Below are positions 38,562 through 49,300 of a DNA stretch of 64,000 bases, in pieces. Every line of letters begins with the position of its first letter. Within the stretch, counting starts at the first letter, position 1. Made by a program: the position numbers and the translations under genes. The stretch comes from Candidatus Eiseniibacteriota bacterium. GTDB lineage: Bacteria; Eisenbacteria; RBG-16-71-46; CAVPCR01. The notes beneath the pieces were generated by a model, which worked only from the letters and a program-made list of their open reading frames with translations, had not been told where the DNA came from and searched no databases. The stretch covers positions 160,001 through 224,000 of the forward strand of contig CAWGMA010000002.1 in NCBI GenBank assembly GCA_963823555.1, given 5' to 3'.

Positions 38562-41018
38562 GTGTACAAGATCGTTCACCGCGAACAGCTCAACGAGAAC
38601 ACCTTCCTGTGGCATGTCGACGCGCCGGCCGTGGCCCGCGCTGCATTGCCGGGCCACTTCGTCATGGTGCGCATCGACCGTACCGGAGAGCGCATTCCGC
38701 TCACCGTCGCCGACTACAACGCCGACCGCGGTACGGTGACCATCGTCATCCAGGCGGTGGGGAAGACCACGCGCCAGATGATGGCGCTGCGCGCCGGCGA
38801 CAGCGTCCTCGATTTCGTCGGGCCGCTCGGGCTCCCGAGCACGATCGAGCCGCAAGGCAAGGTGGTGCTGGTCGGCGGCGGACTGGGTGTCGCGCCCGTG
38901 TTCCCGCAGCTCAGGGCCTACAAGCGGCTCGGTGCCGCCACCATCTCGATCATCGGTTTCCGCACCCAGAACCTCGTCTTCTGGGAAGACCGCTTCCGGG
39001 AGTTCTCCGATGCGGTCATCGTCACCACCGATGACGGTTCCTACGGCGAGAAGGGATTCGTGAGCCAGGCCCTGGCCACGGTCCTTGCCGAGCATCACGA
39101 CATCGACGAGGTGGTGGCCATCGGCCCCTTGCCGATGATGAAGGCCTGCGCCGAGGTGACCCGCCCGCACGGCATCCGCACCATCGTCAGCCTCAACTCG
39201 ATCATGGTCGATGGCACCGGGATGTGCGGGAGCTGTCGCGTGACGGTCGACGGCGCCATCAAGTTCGCCTGCGTCGATGGGCCCGATTTCGACGGGCACA
39301 AGGTCAACTTCGAGGAGCTCATGCTCCGGCAGAAGCGTTTCGAGCGCGAGGAGAAGGAGGCGCTCGAGCGCTACATGCGCGAGACCGAGCAGGTGGCGGC
39401 GGCCGGGCGTGGCGGCGAGGATCCCGCCCAGGCGCCGTCGCGCCCGCGCGCGAGGGGCGGCGAGCCGGCCGGATCGCGCATTCCGATCCTGGAGGCGGCG
39501 ACGGCGGCGGCCGAGGCCTACGATGAGACCCGCCCGGTCCCCGAGGGCGGTGCCAAGGTGGTCAAGTCGGTGCGCAACGTGAGGCCGAAGAAGACGCCGA
39601 TGTCCGAGCAACCGGCCGACGTCAGGCGGCGCAACTTCGAGGAAGTCGCGCTCGGTTACTCCCTCGAGGAGGCGATCGTCGAGGCGGACCGGTGCATCGA
39701 ATGCAAGAAGCCGCGCTGCATCGCCGGCTGCCCGGTCGAGATCGACATCCCCGCGTTCATCCATGAGCTCCGCCATGGCAACGTGCGCGAGTCCTATCGC
39801 ATCTTGAAGTCGGCGAACAGCCTGCCCGCTGTCTGCGGCCGGGTTTGCCCGCAGGAGACGCAGTGTGAGGTGCAGTGCGTGGTCGGGAAGAAGCTCGAGC
39901 CGGTGGCGATCGGCCGCCTCGAACGTTTCGTTGCCGACGCCGCCGTGGGTCAGAGCTGGGACGAGCCGCTGCCCCCGCCCAGGGATGGTGGTGCCCGCCG
40001 CAAGGCGGCGATGATCGGATCGGGGCCGGCTTGCCTCACCTGCGCCGGTGATCTGGCCCGGGCCGGCGTCGAGGTCATCGTGTTCGAGGCGCTGCACGTT
40101 GCCGGCGGCGTCCTCAAGTACGGCATCCCCGAGTTCCGCTTGCCGAACGACATCGTCGATCTCGAGATCGCGAACCTGCTAGCGCTCGGCGTCAAGATCG
40201 AGCTCGATACGGTCATCGGCAAGGTCTACACGATCCCGTCCCTGATGAAGGACCACGGCTACGATTCGGTGTTCATCGGCACCGGCGCCGGGAGTCCGAG
40301 CTTCATGGGCATCCCCGGGGAGTCGCTGAACGGAGTCTTCTCGGCCAACGAGTTCCTGAGCCGCGTCAACCTCATGATGGGCTTCCAGGCGCCGCTCTAC
40401 GACACTCCGGTCGGGATGGGACGGCGGGTGGCGGTGATCGGGGCCGGGAACACGGCGATGGATGCCGCGCGGGTTTCGATGCGCCTGGGAGCCGAGGCGG
40501 TCTATATCGTCTACCGACGCAGCGAGAAGGAATGTCCGGCCCGGCTCGAGGAGCTGCATCACGCGATCGAGGAGGGGATCCAGGTCGAGTGGCTGACCAA
40601 CCCGGTCGGCATCCACGGCAACGAGGCCGGCTGGGTGACCGGCATGGAGTGCATTCGAATGGACCTCGGCGAACCCGACGACTCGGGACGCCGCCGCCCG
40701 ATTCCCAAGCCGGGCACCGAGTTCAAGCTCGACGTCGATACCGTGATCTATGCCCTGGGCACGACCGCGAATCCGATCATCGCGCAGACCACCCCGGGGC
40801 TCGCGACCAACAAGTGGGGCTACCTGGTGGTCGATCCGGAAACCCAGATGACATCGCTTCCCGGCGTGTTCGCCGGCGGCGACATCGTCACCGGGTCGGC
40901 GACGGTCATCGAGGCGATGGGTGCCGGCCGGCGCGCCGCGCGCGGGATCCTGCGCTTCCTTGGGATCGAGACCGGCGATCCGGCCGGAGCGCCGGCGCCC
41001 GCGACGGCGAACACATAA
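38562..41018 (+). CDS. Fused NfnA-NfnB (SudB-SudA type) electron-bifurcating ferredoxin:NAD(P) oxidoreductase
   Basis: N-half: PGHFVMVR..GERIPLT, GGG.G.AP, DGTGMCGSC...CVDGPDF ([2Fe-2S]). Linker. C-half: CIECKKP.C..GCP, CGRVCPQETQCE..C, GSGPA, YGIPEFRLP, GAGNTAMD, GGDIVTG. Confidence 0.92.
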   Translation: MYKIVHREQLNENTFLWHVDAPAVARAALPGHFVMVRIDRTGERIPLTVADYNADRGTVTIVIQAVGKTTRQMMALRAGDSVLDFVGPLGLPSTIEPQGKVVLVGGGLGVAPVFPQLRAYKRLGAATISIIGFRTQNLVFWEDRFREFSDAVIVTTDDGSYGEKGFVSQALATVLAEHHDIDEVVAIGPLPMMKACAEVTRPHGIRTIVSLNSIMVDGTGMCGSCRVTVDGAIKFACVDGPDFDGHKVNFEELMLRQKRFEREEKEALERYMRETEQVAAAGRGGEDPAQAPSRPRARGGEPAGSRIPILEAATAAAEAYDETRPVPEGGAKVVKSVRNVRPKKTPMSEQPADVRRRNFEEVALGYSLEEAIVEADRCIECKKPRCIAGCPVEIDIPAFIHELRHGNVRESYRILKSANSLPAVCGRVCPQETQCEVQCVVGKKLEPVAIGRLERFVADAAVGQSWDEPLPPPRDGGARRKAAMIGSGPACLTCAGDLARAGVEVIVFEALHVAGGVLKYGIPEFRLPNDIVDLEIANLLALGVKIELDTVIGKVYTIPSLMKDHGYDSVFIGTGAGSPSFMGIPGESLNGVFSANEFLSRVNLMMGFQAPLYDTPVGMGRRVAVIGAGNTAMDAARVSMRLGAEAVYIVYRRSEKECPARLEELHHAIEEGIQVEWLTNPVGIHGNEAGWVTGMECIRMDLGEPDDSGRRRPIPKPGTEFKLDVDTVIYALGTTANPIIAQTTPGLATNKWGYLVVDPETQMTSLPGVFAGGDIVTGSATVIEAMGAGRRAARGILRFLGIETGDPAGAPAPATANT

Positions 41019-41033
41019 GAGGAGATAAGAACC

Positions 41034-41675
41034 ATGGCCTCGCAGTGTCCCAAGTGCCAGCGTGCCGTCGAGGACGACGCCGTCTGCTGTGCCGATGTTC
41101 GTTACACCTGGAAGTGCCAGGACTGCGGCAAGCTGTCTGTTGGCTTCGTCGTCCCCTACGGGCGTTGTTTCCTCTGCGGCGGGGAGCTACGCGTGGTCCA
41201 GAGCTACCGTCTCGCCGATCCGGAGCGCATCGAGCCGATCCGGGAGGCCGTTCAGTTCGAGGTCGACATGTACCAGTTCTACCGGCTGGCTCACGGCCGC
41301 ATGAACGACCCGGACTGCAAGGCCGTGCTCGACGACCTGCTGCATCGCGAGGAAGACCATCTCAACGAGCTCTCGCAGAAGTACCACCTGCATCTCGAGC
41401 GCGAGGTGGTCGAGCCCAGGCAGGGGGCCGAGGAGGTTCTGGCCCGCGATCTCTTCAAGGGGATCGACTTCGTGACTGACGGTGCCGTGCGCGAGATCTA
41501 CAGCCGGGCTCTCGAGCTCGAGAAGCGGACACTCGCTCACTTCGAGCACCGGGCTCAGACCCTGCCTCCGGGCATGGAGAAGGAACTCTACCGCGAGCTC
41601 GCGGCCGAGGAGGTCGAGCACGTGGCGCTCCTCGAGGCGGAGATCGAGTCCCTGGGCGCGGCCCCGGCGCGCTAG
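41034..41675 (+). CDS. Zn-ribbon + ferritin-like (rubrerythrin-type) protein
   Basis: CPKC, CC, CQDC, CFLC, then E...FY...EEDH and E....HF...EEVEH diiron pattern; GAGGAG RBS. Confidence 0.85.
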   Translation: MASQCPKCQRAVEDDAVCCADVRYTWKCQDCGKLSVGFVVPYGRCFLCGGELRVVQSYRLADPERIEPIREAVQFEVDMYQFYRLAHGRMNDPDCKAVLDDLLHREEDHLNELSQKYHLHLEREVVEPRQGAEEVLARDLFKGIDFVTDGAVREIYSRALELEKRTLAHFEHRAQTLPPGMEKELYRELAAEEVEHVALLEAEIESLGAAPAR

Positions 41676-41703
41676 CGGGCGGCGATCGTGTAGGATCCCG
41701 CGC

Positions 41704-43384
41704 ATGATCCGGGATCTGGACCTGCTTGCCGGGGCGAGCTTCGATCTGATCGTGGTCGGGGGCGGGATCACCGGCGCCTTCGCCGCCTGGGATGCCGCCC
41801 TCCGCGGTCTATCCGTCGCCCTCATCGAGCGCGCCGACTTCGGCGGTGCCACCTCCGCCGCTTCCTCGAAGATCCTCCACGGCGGCATTCGCTACCTCCA
41901 GAAGGGCGAGGTCGGCAAGGTTCGCGAATCGCTCGTCGAGCGCGGCCGCTTTCTGACCATGGCTCCCCATCTGGTCACGCGCGTCCCCTTCCTGATCCCG
42001 ACCTACGGTCATGGCATGAGGGGCAAGGAAGTGCTCGCGCTCGCCATGACAGCCTACGAGACGATCGGGCTCGGTTTGAACGAGCGCATCCCCGACCCCG
42101 AGAAGCGCGTGCCTCGTTTCTCGCTTCTCACGCGGCGCGAAGTGCTCGATCTCGAGCCCGGGGTCGAGGCGCGCGGCCTCACCGGCGGGGTTCGCTTCGA
42201 CGAGTGCCACATGCACAACTCGGAGCGGATGACGCTCGCCGTCGTGCGGGCGGCGGCTGCAGCCGGAGCGGTCGTGGCGAACTACGTCGAGGCCACGGGT
42301 CTTCTCCGCGATGGGATGCGGGTCACGGGCGTGCGCGCGCGGGGCATGCTGGCGCCGGCTGTGCCGGAAGATTTCGCGGTGCGAGCCCGGATCGTCGCCA
42401 ACACGACGGGACCATGGGCCCCGCTCGTCGCGCGGGGCCTCGGCCACCCCGCCGGCGAGCGCTACGCACTGGCCAAGGGCTGCCACATCGTGACCCGCCC
42501 CATCACGCGGAGCGGAGCCCTCGCCATCGCCACCCGGCACAAGCGCGAGGGGCTCGTGACCCGCGGCGGGCGTCACCTCTTCGTCATCCCCTGGCGTGGT
42601 CGTTCGCTGATCGGGACCACCAACGTGCCGTTCACCGGGGATCCGGATCAGGTCGCCGTCACCGCGAAGGACGTGACCGATTTCATCGCCGAGATCAACG
42701 CCGCGTACCCGGCCGCGGGGCTCGCCCATGAAGATGTCGAGCACGCCTTTGCCGGCCTCTACCCGCTCATCGACACCGAGGTGCGTGCGGATGTCTACCA
42801 GGGCGCAAGCAAGGTCGAGATCCACGACCACGAGAAGGATGGCATCACCGGCCTGGTGACGGTGATCGGCGCCAAGTACACGACCGCGCGTCACCTGGCC
42901 GAGCTTGCGATCAACCTCGTCCATCGCAAGCTCGGTGCCGTACCGCCGCCTTCGCGCACGGCGGAGACGCCGGTTCCCGGAGGGCGCATCGAACGCTCAT
43001 CGGATTTCCTGGCCGCCGCGCTCGCCGCCGATGCGGAGGGCGCGAGGCTCGGCGAGGAGGTGGTGCGCGAGCTCGTTCACGCCTACGGCGACGAGATGGG
43101 GACGGTCGTGGTGCGGGTTGAGACGAACCCGGACGAGGGGCGGCGAGTGGCGGCCACCCGCCCCACCATTCGCGCCATGGTGCGGCACGCCGTCCAGGCG
43201 GAGATGGCGCTCCGGCTTTCCGACGTGGTCTTCCGTCGCACCGGGCTCGGCACCATCGGTCACCCGGGTGAGGACGTGCCTCGCCGAGTGCGCGGCGATC
43301 ATGGCCGAAGAGCTGGGCTGGGACCGTGACCGCAGAGATGCGGAGATCGCCGCGGTCGAGGGGTTGTTCCCGTCACTCGGCTGA
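41704..43384 (+). CDS. FAD-dependent glycerol-3-phosphate dehydrogenase/oxidase family; frameshift near 43276
   Basis: VGGGITGA, D.A.RGL, TS.ASSK.LHGG.RYL, KG.H, PW....IGTT, AG..PL, KYTT.R. The C-terminal MAEELGW helix is in the +1 frame and ends at 43384. Confidence 0.88.
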
Positions 43385-43390
43385 GCTCGC

Positions 43391-46300
43391 TTACTTGAGG
43401 AGCTGGATCTTCTGCGTGAACTCGCGACCTCCGGCCCGGAAGCGCACGAGGTAGACGCCCGAGCTGGCGACGCCGCCGCGGATGGTGCGGCCGTCCCAGA
43501 ACGCTGAGTGCTCGCCCGCCGGGAGATCGCCCTCGACGAGGGTACGCACGAGCTGGCCGGCGACATCGTAGATCCGGAGCTCGACCCTCGCTGGCGCCGG
43601 CAGATCGAAGCGCAGCATGGTCGACGGGTTGAACGGATTCGGTCGGGCCGCGTGGAGCGCGAGCTCGGTGGGCAGTGGTGCCGCTGGGGGCTCCCCGACC
43701 GATACCGTCGTCGGCGGATCACCCAGGAAGCCATTCTCGAGGTCGCGCAGGTCGGCGAACGGGAGATCGATTCCGCCGTGACCGCGGAAGCGGACGCGAG
43801 CTACCTCGCCCGTGCCGTGGATGGTGATTCCCTGACCGAGGACCGCGGCATGAAGCCCGAGCTCGTCGCCCTCGCTGAGATGCTGGAAGAAGGTGTCAGC
43901 ACCCTGGGCGCCGAGGAGCGGCCCCGGCCCCGCCTCCACCACGCTCAGGAGCGGATCGTGGCTGAGTCGCAGGTGGAAGGCCTTCACGGTGCCCGGATTG
44001 TCGACGAGCATGAGCCGGCACAGGATGCCGTCGGCGGTGGCCTCGGTGCGGAGCACGATCGTCGGCGTGCCGCCGGGGATATCCTCGAGCCCGGGCGCCG
44101 GCGGTCCCTGGGCGCCGACGGCGCTGTAGTTGATTGCCATCAGCACCAGATCCTCGAAGTCGACGAGATCGTCGGGCACAGGTCGGGCCAGGACCGAGTA
44201 ATCCGTCGTGGGCCCGATGTCGAGGTAGTTGAACTCGGTGCCCGGGATCGTGAAGTAATGGGTGGCAAAGAGGCTCACGTCCGGGGTCGTGACGGTGTTG
44301 TCGCCCTGCCCCGGCGTGGCGCCGTCGCTGACGTCACCCAGGTGATAGTTGAGGGCGCCGGCCGTGCGATTCGAGATCGCCGCGTTTCCGCACTCGTCCC
44401 TGGTGACGGCGACGTAGTACCAGAAGCCGCGAGTCGCGGGCTCGTCGAAGCCGTCGGCCACGTTATCGAGGGCGGCAACGTGAGTCCAGCCCGCGGGCGG
44501 ATAGCTCGTGGGTAGCGTCGGCTCGCTGCCGGCGTACTCGGGATAGTCGGGGAAGGGAGCCCGCCAGATCTCGGTCGTGGCTGCATCCGCTGGGCTGGTG
44601 AACGTGAGATGGACCTCGGTGGTGCCATCCGTATCGTTGTCGGCGAGAACCTGGGTCGCCGCGAGGTCCGTGACTGCGGCCGGCGGGGTCGCATCGCACT
44701 CGGCACAGAGGATCGTCAGGTCCTCGAGTGCGGGTGTGGTGGCGTGATCGGTCGTTGCGAGCACGGCCTGGTACTGGATGTAACGGCCCGCGGCGTTCAC
44801 CGGGTCGCCCGATGCGGCGATCGGGATCCACGAGCCCATGGCCAGGGGATCGTCGCCGGTTCGCACCGAGATGTCGATGCTCGTCCCGGCCGGAGTCGTT
44901 GCGGTCCAGGTGCAGTCGCTCCAGTAGGCGCGGCTCCCGTGGTCGAGGAGTCGCGAGGTGAAGGTACCGCTGGAGGCGTAGGGGGTCATGCGGATCCAGT
45001 CGAGCGTGAGGACCGCTCCGCCGGCTTGATCGCTCGCGACAGGCCTCATCAAGGCGGTGACAGCGGTGGTATGCGCTGCCTTGAGTGTGCCATCGACATA
45101 GTAGCGAACTTGTCCCGCGTCCCATTCGATACGGAAGCGATGAGTCACTCCGATCGTGACATCGGTGAGGTCCGTGTCCAGAGGTGAGCCGCCGTTCGTC
45201 CGTGCTTTGATTACCGTCCCACCAGGAAATCCTGTGCTGAAGATGGCCCATGGAGCAGCGTTGAGATCCGTCGCGAAGCCGACATGTTGTGATGTGCCGG
45301 CCTGGAAGGTCGCCCGGAATTCGATCGCGCGGGCGGGGCCGTAGGGGGCTGGAGGATAGGTGCTGGTCGCGAGTAGCGCCCCATCGATGGTGGCGACTCC
45401 TCCGGCGACCGAGGTGCCAACCCCGCCACTCCACGGAGTGCTCGTCCATCCCGCAGGCACCGCGGTCCCAAAGAAATCGCTACCCTCGGTTGGCTTGAGG
45501 ATCACCTCGCCGTCGCCGGTCGCGGCGACGTAGGTCGCTGTGCCGAAGTCGCCCTGGATGAAGTCGGCTGCCGTGTCGTCGGCGAAGCATGCCGTGGGTG
45601 GTGCCGGCGGTGTGGTGAAGCTGAGCGGATCGTCGGGCGATGCCGGCGAGGTCGCCGAGTTGTTCGCCGGGTCCTTCGACGTGGCCCGGTAGTAGTAGGT
45701 GGTGTTCGGCATGAGGCTGCCGAGCACGAGGGAGTGAGCCGTGACGAACGCGCCGTTCGTCACGTTCTGATCGAGGAGCGTCGGGCTTGTCCCGTAGTCG
45801 ACCCGGGAATCCGCCGGCTCGTCAGTGTCCCAGGTGATCGTGGCCGCGGTTCCGCCGGGATCGACCGTGGCGGCGAGGTTGGTGATGACCGGCGGATCGG
45901 GGTCGGGGCTTGTGGTGCAAGCGATCGCGAGGTCGCTGAGGACAGGCGTCGAGGTGCCGTCGCCCGTGAGGACGGCCTGGTACTGGATGTAGCGCGAGGA
46001 GACGCCGACCGGATCGCCGTTGGCGATGGCGTTGAACACGGTCCAGGTGCCATCAGGCGTGGGGGTGTCGCCCGTGCGCACGCTCAGCGCGAGGCCGGTC
46101 CCCGATGGCGTATCGGCGGTCCACGTGATGGCGCCCCAGGTGGCCGCGCTCCCGGCATCGCCGATACGGGACTCAAAGGTACCGGCGAGCGCGTATGGAG
46201 ACATGCGGATCCAGTCGAGGGCGAGTGTCGCTCCACCAGGCCAATCACTGGCCGCGGGTCGCATCGGTCCGGCGACCGTGACCGTGTGCGTTGCCTTGAG

Positions 46301-49300
46301 CGTGCCATCGACGAAGTAGCGGACCTCGCCTGCATCCCACTCGATGCGGAAGCGATGGGGGATGCTGATCGCGACGCCGGTGAGGTCTGTGCTCGTCTCG
46401 GCGCTGATGGCGCTACGCGTTCGCGCCTTGAGCACCGATCCTCCCCCATTGCTGAAGATGGCCCACGGTGGGGCGTTGAGATCCGTCGCGAATCCGATGT
46501 GCTGACCTGTGTTGGCTTCGAACGTCGCCACGAACTCGATCGCGCGGCCGGGGCCGTAGCTGGGCGCCCCGCTCGTCGCGAGTAGCGCCCCATCGATCGT
46601 GGCAACGCCTCCGGCGACCGACGTGCCAATCCCCGCATCCCACGTAGTGCTCGTCCAGCCGGCAGGCATCGTGGTCCCGAAGAACTCGCTACCCGCGGTG
46701 GGCTTGAGGATCACCTCGCCGTCATCGGTGGCGGCGACGTAGGTATCCGTTCCGGTCGTTCCATCCAGGAAATCGTCCGCCACGTCGTCGATGAAGCAGG
46801 GCGGCGCCGGGGGTGCCGGTGTGGTGAACATGGCCGGGGGTGTGGGCTCGGTGGCCGAGTTGTTCGAGGGGTCCACCGAGGTCACCTGGAAGTAGTAGGT
46901 GGTGCTCGGTGAGAGCCCGGTGAGCCCGAGCGAGTGGTTCGTGACGAACGGCGTGCCGGTCGCGCTCTGGTCGAGCAATCCTGGATCGGTCCCGTAATCC
47001 ACTCGCGAGTTGGCCGCCTCATCGGTATCCCAGGTGATGGTGGCGATCGTGCCTCCGGGATCCGGGGTGGCGACGATGTTCGAGATCACGGGTGGGGTGG
47101 TGTCCGGGCCCACGTCGCAGCTCACACTGACGTCGGCGAGCACCGGAGTGACACGCGTATCGCTCGTGGCCAGATCGGCCTGGTACTGGATGTAGCGCGA
47201 AGCACCGCCCACCGTGGCGCCCTGCGTCACCGGGTTGAACTCGGTCCAGGTGCCGTCGGGCGTGGCCGTGTTGCCCGTGCGCACGGCCAAGGCGACCGTC
47301 GTTCCCGCGGGCGACTCTGCTGTCCAGCTGATGACCCCCCAGGTTGCCGTATCGCCGGCGTCGTAGGCGCGCGAGGTGAAGGTGCCGGCTGCGGCATAGG
47401 GGGTGATGCGCAGCCAGTTGGCATCGAGGGCGATGCCATTGGCAGCGGGTCCATCATCGCTCACCTGCACGACCATTGACGTCCCGACGGTCAGGTTGAA
47501 CGTGGCCAGCTGCACCCCGTCCACGTAGAAGACGAAGCTGTTCGCATTCCAGTCGATGCGGTAGCGGTGCGGCGTGTTGAGGAGCGATGCCGACAGGAGG
47601 GTCTCACCGGCGCTGCTTCGAGCATAGAGATTGCTTCCGGCTCCAGTTCCGCGCCCGATCACGACCCATGGTGCATTGAACGCGAAGTCCGATGCGAAAC
47701 CGATGTTCTGGTAGTCGTCGGCGCGGAAGGTCGCTTCGAATTCAAGGGATGTTCCGGGGCCGAAGAGCGCCGTGGTTGCGGCGTGAGCCTCGTCGACCGT
47801 GAGCTTGCCGCTGGCCACCGTCGCCGTGCCACCCGTTCCCCAGGCTTCCGACTGCCACCCCGCCGGAAGCGCGCTGCCCGAGAACTCCGCCCCCTCGGTG
47901 GGGCGGAGGATCACCTCCCCATCGTCGGTCATGGCGACATACGTATCCGCTCCCGTCGTCCCGGCCTCGAAGTCGGCCACCAGGTCATCGACGAAGCAGG
48001 TGAGCCCGGGCATCGTGAAGCTCAACGTGGCCGGCGGTGCCGGCTCGGTGGTCGGGTTCCCCGCGCCGTCCTCCGAGGTCACCCGGTAGTGATAGGTGGC
48101 ATTCGCCGTCAACCCCATGAGCGTGATCGAGTGGGACGTGACAAGGCTCCCACTTGCTTCGCTCAGATCGAGCAGCCCGGGATCCGTTCCGTAGTCCACG
48201 CGCGAATCGGCCGGCTCGTTCGTGGTCCAGGTGATGGTGGCTGTACCGTCGCCGTGCGGCGTGGCCACGATGGTCGTGATGAGGGGTGGCGTCGTGTCGA
48301 TGAGGTAGCTCGCCACGTAATCGCCATCCTCCGCCGGGAAAAAGGCGTACTCGATACCCTTGATGGTCTCGGTCGAATAGGTGATCGGGATCGCGTTCCG
48401 GGTGATGCCGGTGAGCTGGCCAACGGCGGCCAGGGTGGGCAGCATGCCCCGCAGGTTGCGCGAGCCGGCCGCGGTCGTGATCGAGAAGCTCAGGGTGTTG
48501 CTGTTCCAGACGAGATTCTGGAAGGCCGAGCCATTCCGGCCGTCGAGCCAGTCGAGCATCTGCTTGGCCGACACCACGGGGACATCGCGGGCCAGGGCCG
48601 AGGCGACGATCGCGTCGGAGCCGGGTGGCTCGGTTGGTCGAAGTGCATGTTGGTCGCGAACGACACCGTAGTACCCCTCGGCGCCGAGCGCGCGATCGAG
48701 GAGCGTCGATAGAGAACTGGGGAAGTCCTGGCCCGACTCGTCGGTCATCTGGGTCGTGACCTGGTAGCAGTCGATCATCGTGCCGTCGGTCGCGCGAAAC
48801 GCATCGGCATCCCGGATCCGGTGAACATGCCGGGACGATCCAGGACCCAGCTGCCGGGCCAGTAGTAGTAGTTGGTGTCGAGGCGGATGCCGTAGGCAGC
48901 CTCGACCTCGGCCCGTGGCCCAGTCGCTCCAGGCGATGCAGTGGTTGCGGTTGGTCGCAGGGACCGGGATGCTGGGGTACGGCGTTCGCGAACGTGGCGA
49001 GCTGACTCGCGTAGCCGCTTCGCAGCTGATGTTGCCGGTCCAGTCGGCGCATCCGGTGTTGACGTGCAGCGCGATCTCGAAGCCCGAGGCCGTGCATAGT
49101 AGGCGGCCTGGGCATCGGTGAACGTGCTACCCGGGTAGATGTACGCCTGTGGCGCGCACGCACTCCCAGTCGTCCACCGAGCAGCCCCCGGGGCTCTGGG
49201 CCAGGTAGAGCGTCGAAGCGCGGCTGCATGCCGTCAGCGCCGTGGTCGTCGCCGGTCATGACGATCGCGGCCTTGAGCCCCCGCGGCAGGTACCAGAACC

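Noticed and set aside
44700..48302. Repeats as DGR template/variable region or CRISPR
   Set aside because: They are in-frame coding domain repeats diverged at all bases; no reverse transcriptase, adenine-specific pattern or spacers.
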